The translations under genes and the position numbers were made by a program. Under the pieces are notes generated by a model. That model made no database searches, was not told the DNA's origin, and saw nothing but the letters and a program-made list of their open reading frames with translations. Shown here one piece after another: positions 61,158 to 64,000 of a stretch of 64,000 nucleotides of DNA. Position 1 is the first letter of the stretch, and each line of letters starts with the position of its first letter. The DNA is from Setoptus koraiensis (Eukaryota > Animalia > Arthropoda). The stretch covers positions 10,788,001-10,852,000 of the forward strand of contig CM106585.1 of the NCBI GenBank assembly GCA_048013815.1, given 5' to 3'.

Positions 61158-64000
61158 ACAGCAGCGTGTGTGCAGCTGAGTATACACAACAATGCTCGGT
61201 GGTGTGGTATGAATAGTTAGTACAGTGTTGCTGCAATAGTGTGCAGTATGTTGGAAACATTGACCGAATTGAAACATTCGAACATTGGGCTGCAGAATTC
61301 CAAGTTCGAGCGCACACACCGAATGATTCTGTGGTATGGAACATTCGCCGAGTCACCTTTGCATTAATGCAGGTGAGTCACTGGGTAAGGTGGTTGCTGC
61401 AGCATTGGCGCTAGATTCGAATTGGCCGGGCGCTGCGTCGGACGCAACGAGCTGCAGCAAGAACGTCGAGTGCTTGTTGCGAGAATGGCAATTAGAGTAT
61501 AATTATTGGCCATTTTCAAACTAGACGACGACGACGACGACAGGTGTTGTTTGCAAGCGGCGTGACGTGAATGGCGCGCGATAATTTGCCGCCAGTCGAG
61601 TCGGGCGAGCCGATGTCGGCATGAGCTGATGTCGGCTCGCAAGAGTTTATATCGGCGGGCACAGGTGAGTGCCACATCAAGCGCGCGCGCCTATTGTGTA
61701 ATTGGCATTGGCGACGGCGATGTCGTCGTTGTTGTCGTGGTTGTTGTCGTGGTTGTTGTCGGTGTCGCTGTTGACGTCGGTGGTGAATATCGCATGGAAT
61801 CGCTCATGTTATCGCTCGCATTATTATTGTGTTGTAAATGATGATTGTACATGTATGATATGATACGATATGTGTGCATCACGGGGTACAGGTAGGGGGA
61901 GTGTTGTCGTAAAAGGACACACACACACACACGCTGGTTGCCTAACAACGGGCCAACAACAACGGGCCAACGACAACAACAGCGGCCAGCGACAACACTG
62001 GCCGAGCGGCTGGCATGAGAAAGTGACAAGAAGAACAGGCACAAATCCATATATGATCCACATCCATGCGCTTGTGTTGTTGTTGTTTGCCTATGTTTAT
62101 ACATGCGACAACGCCCACGCTCGGCCAATCGGCAAGCGCGAGCTCGCACCATCGATAATGAGGCTCGGCAACAATCGTTGTGTTTGTGTCACTAGGCCAG
62201 TGGGTGATGGTTGGCCTTGTCCACTCACGGCATATGGCGCAACATGGGAAGGAGAGGTATCAAAGTCTCACGAATTGTGCACATATCCAAATGTTTTATT
62301 GCACGGCTCGCTTGATGACAGTTGAAAGTTCACACACGGATTCTCTCACCGCGCACCGTATATTGTTGTGCCGTGTATAACAAGTGGCAAACAACAACAA
62401 CAACAACAACATCAGCAGCATCAGTGTCGTCAGTGTGTGGCCCACTATTGAATCAACGGTGTTGATACAAGCGCTGCTATACTTACACATACCAACCAAT
62501 ACAATTGTGCTACAATCAGTGATCTCGGCTGCACAATGCTCTCACCGGCCCGCCGTGAATATGTCCGACCGTGCACGGCTGGACATGCCCATTGGCAATT
62601 AGCGCCAGCTACATTGTCGAATGCGAACCAGTTTCTCGTCGTCTATGGCGAGCCTATCATTTGGTGGCGAGCCCGTTGTGAGCCCGTCAGGCTGGCAAGC
62701 CGGCCAGCCCGGCAAAGGTCGCCAACATCAAGCCAACATCAAGCCAACAAATTGCACAGCGACTCACAAAGCTGGCGAGCGGTCCCATTGGTCGGTCGAC
62801 TGTCGGTGACAGTCGACCGACAACTGTGATTGGGGACAGCTCGCTCGCCGTGAGCGAAAGTGTCCATCATCATCATCACGATACTATTTTTAATTGCGCG
62901 CCAATTATCCCGTTGCCCAACAGCCGCTCGCATATCTCATATATGAGATATGATTTGAGTCATATCTCCCCGTCAGAGAGTCTCTGTCAGACTGTGACTG
63001 TCACAGTCTGACAAGAATCTTGTCACAAGATATCGTTTGCCTGCTACACACTGCAGAATGTCAGTCTGGCTGGTTCCGTTTTGGCCGACACTCTCGCGAG
63101 TCGCGACGCCCGCAAGTTGTGGGGCTCACAAAGCTTGTGAGTCAAAATGCGAGCGAAGCAAACAAACGAAAACAGGAACAATTGACAATTGGCGATATTG
63201 TTGTTATTATTGTGTTATTATGTAAACACACCAGTGTGTTTACATTTGGTGCTGTATGCGCACACAACAGTGGCTGTCACCGCTTCAGGATATCCACTTC
63301 AGGACAGCGGATCCAGGTGAGCGCTGAAAGCGTTGACTGCGACGACAGAACAAGCAGAAAAAAAAATATGATACCTTCTAACTGTTGTCGTTTGCAACCT
63401 GTTTGCATACTGGCCAAATGATGAGACTTGCCGAATACAACTGCGACGGCTGCGGCGCAACATAACGGAAGGAGGCAAAAAGAAACAATTCGCCCGTAAC
63501 ATGCCCGACATTGGACAGGTCTCGGCAAGGCTCGGCAAATCTCGGCAAGGCTTGTGTGTGTGTTTGCGAATTCCAACAGTGTGTGAATCTTCTCTGACGA
63601 CGTTATTCTGGTACCTTTATACCTGTATACCAAGTGTGTGTTATGTAACAAGTGTGCAAACGCAAGTGCTCGCTCGCTCAGTGCGCTCAATTACAATCGT
63701 AAAAAACCTATCTATCTGTATCTGTCAAATTCATAATATGCGATCAACAATTGTGTAATAGCACGCAAACAAAATATTGATGGAAACGCGAGCACTTTGA
63801 CGTCAAGCTGCTGCTGCCGCTGTCAAACTGCTACAAGCACACACACACACACATTACGCAATATCACCTTGCCATTTGCCATTGATCGCTGCTATGCCGT
63901 GGTTGTTATTAGTTATACCATCGTTGCTGTCTGACTGAAAATTAGTCTGACATCCGACATCAAGCTGGGCGAGTTCAATCATCGAGTCCATGCAATGGCA

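Noticed and set aside
1-64000. rRNA, tRNA, spliceosomal snRNA or intact transposase/RT genes
   Set aside because: I found no diagnostic motifs by eye; a tRNAscan-SE/Infernal/Dfam run would be needed to exclude divergent copies.

Overview
Animal nuclear DNA, probably an arthropod; the intron-poor, compact genes suggest a mite, but that is inference. The window has three domains. (1) 1-40.5 kb is GC/CpG-rich and saturated with microsatellites and short tandem duplications. It holds the 3' end of a polyQ/H/N-rich plus-strand gene (1-1299) and one very large minus-strand soluble guanylyl cyclase (sGC) gene, which I rebuilt by hand from splice signals: exons 39379-39455, 15297-18612, 13815-13969 and 12542-13107, plus a probable terminal exon at 2066-3375. 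Intron 1 is 20,766 nt. (2) 40.6-57 kb is an AT-rich, gene-dense and nearly intronless block: GFM1, ORC3, PEX10, a SENP1/Ulp1-type protease, KDM6A/UTX, RMND5 and an 812-aa low-complexity orphan. (3) 57-64 kb is mostly non-coding and becomes GC- and repeat-rich again after about 59.8 kb. Best leads: (a) the sGC has a beta1-type heme-binding H-NOX domain joined to a cyclase domain with alpha-type catalytic residues; (b) UTX has Tyr in place of its third Fe(II)-binding His, plus other active-site changes, so it may be a pseudo-demethylase; (c) perfect RTTACGTAAY (PAR-bZIP) sites cluster across the sGC locus; (d) a 47-bp perfect palindrome in sGC intron 3 hides an in-frame 'poison' splice donor. 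I recognised no rRNA, tRNA, CRISPR array or intact transposon. All family assignments come from motif recognition, not database searches.
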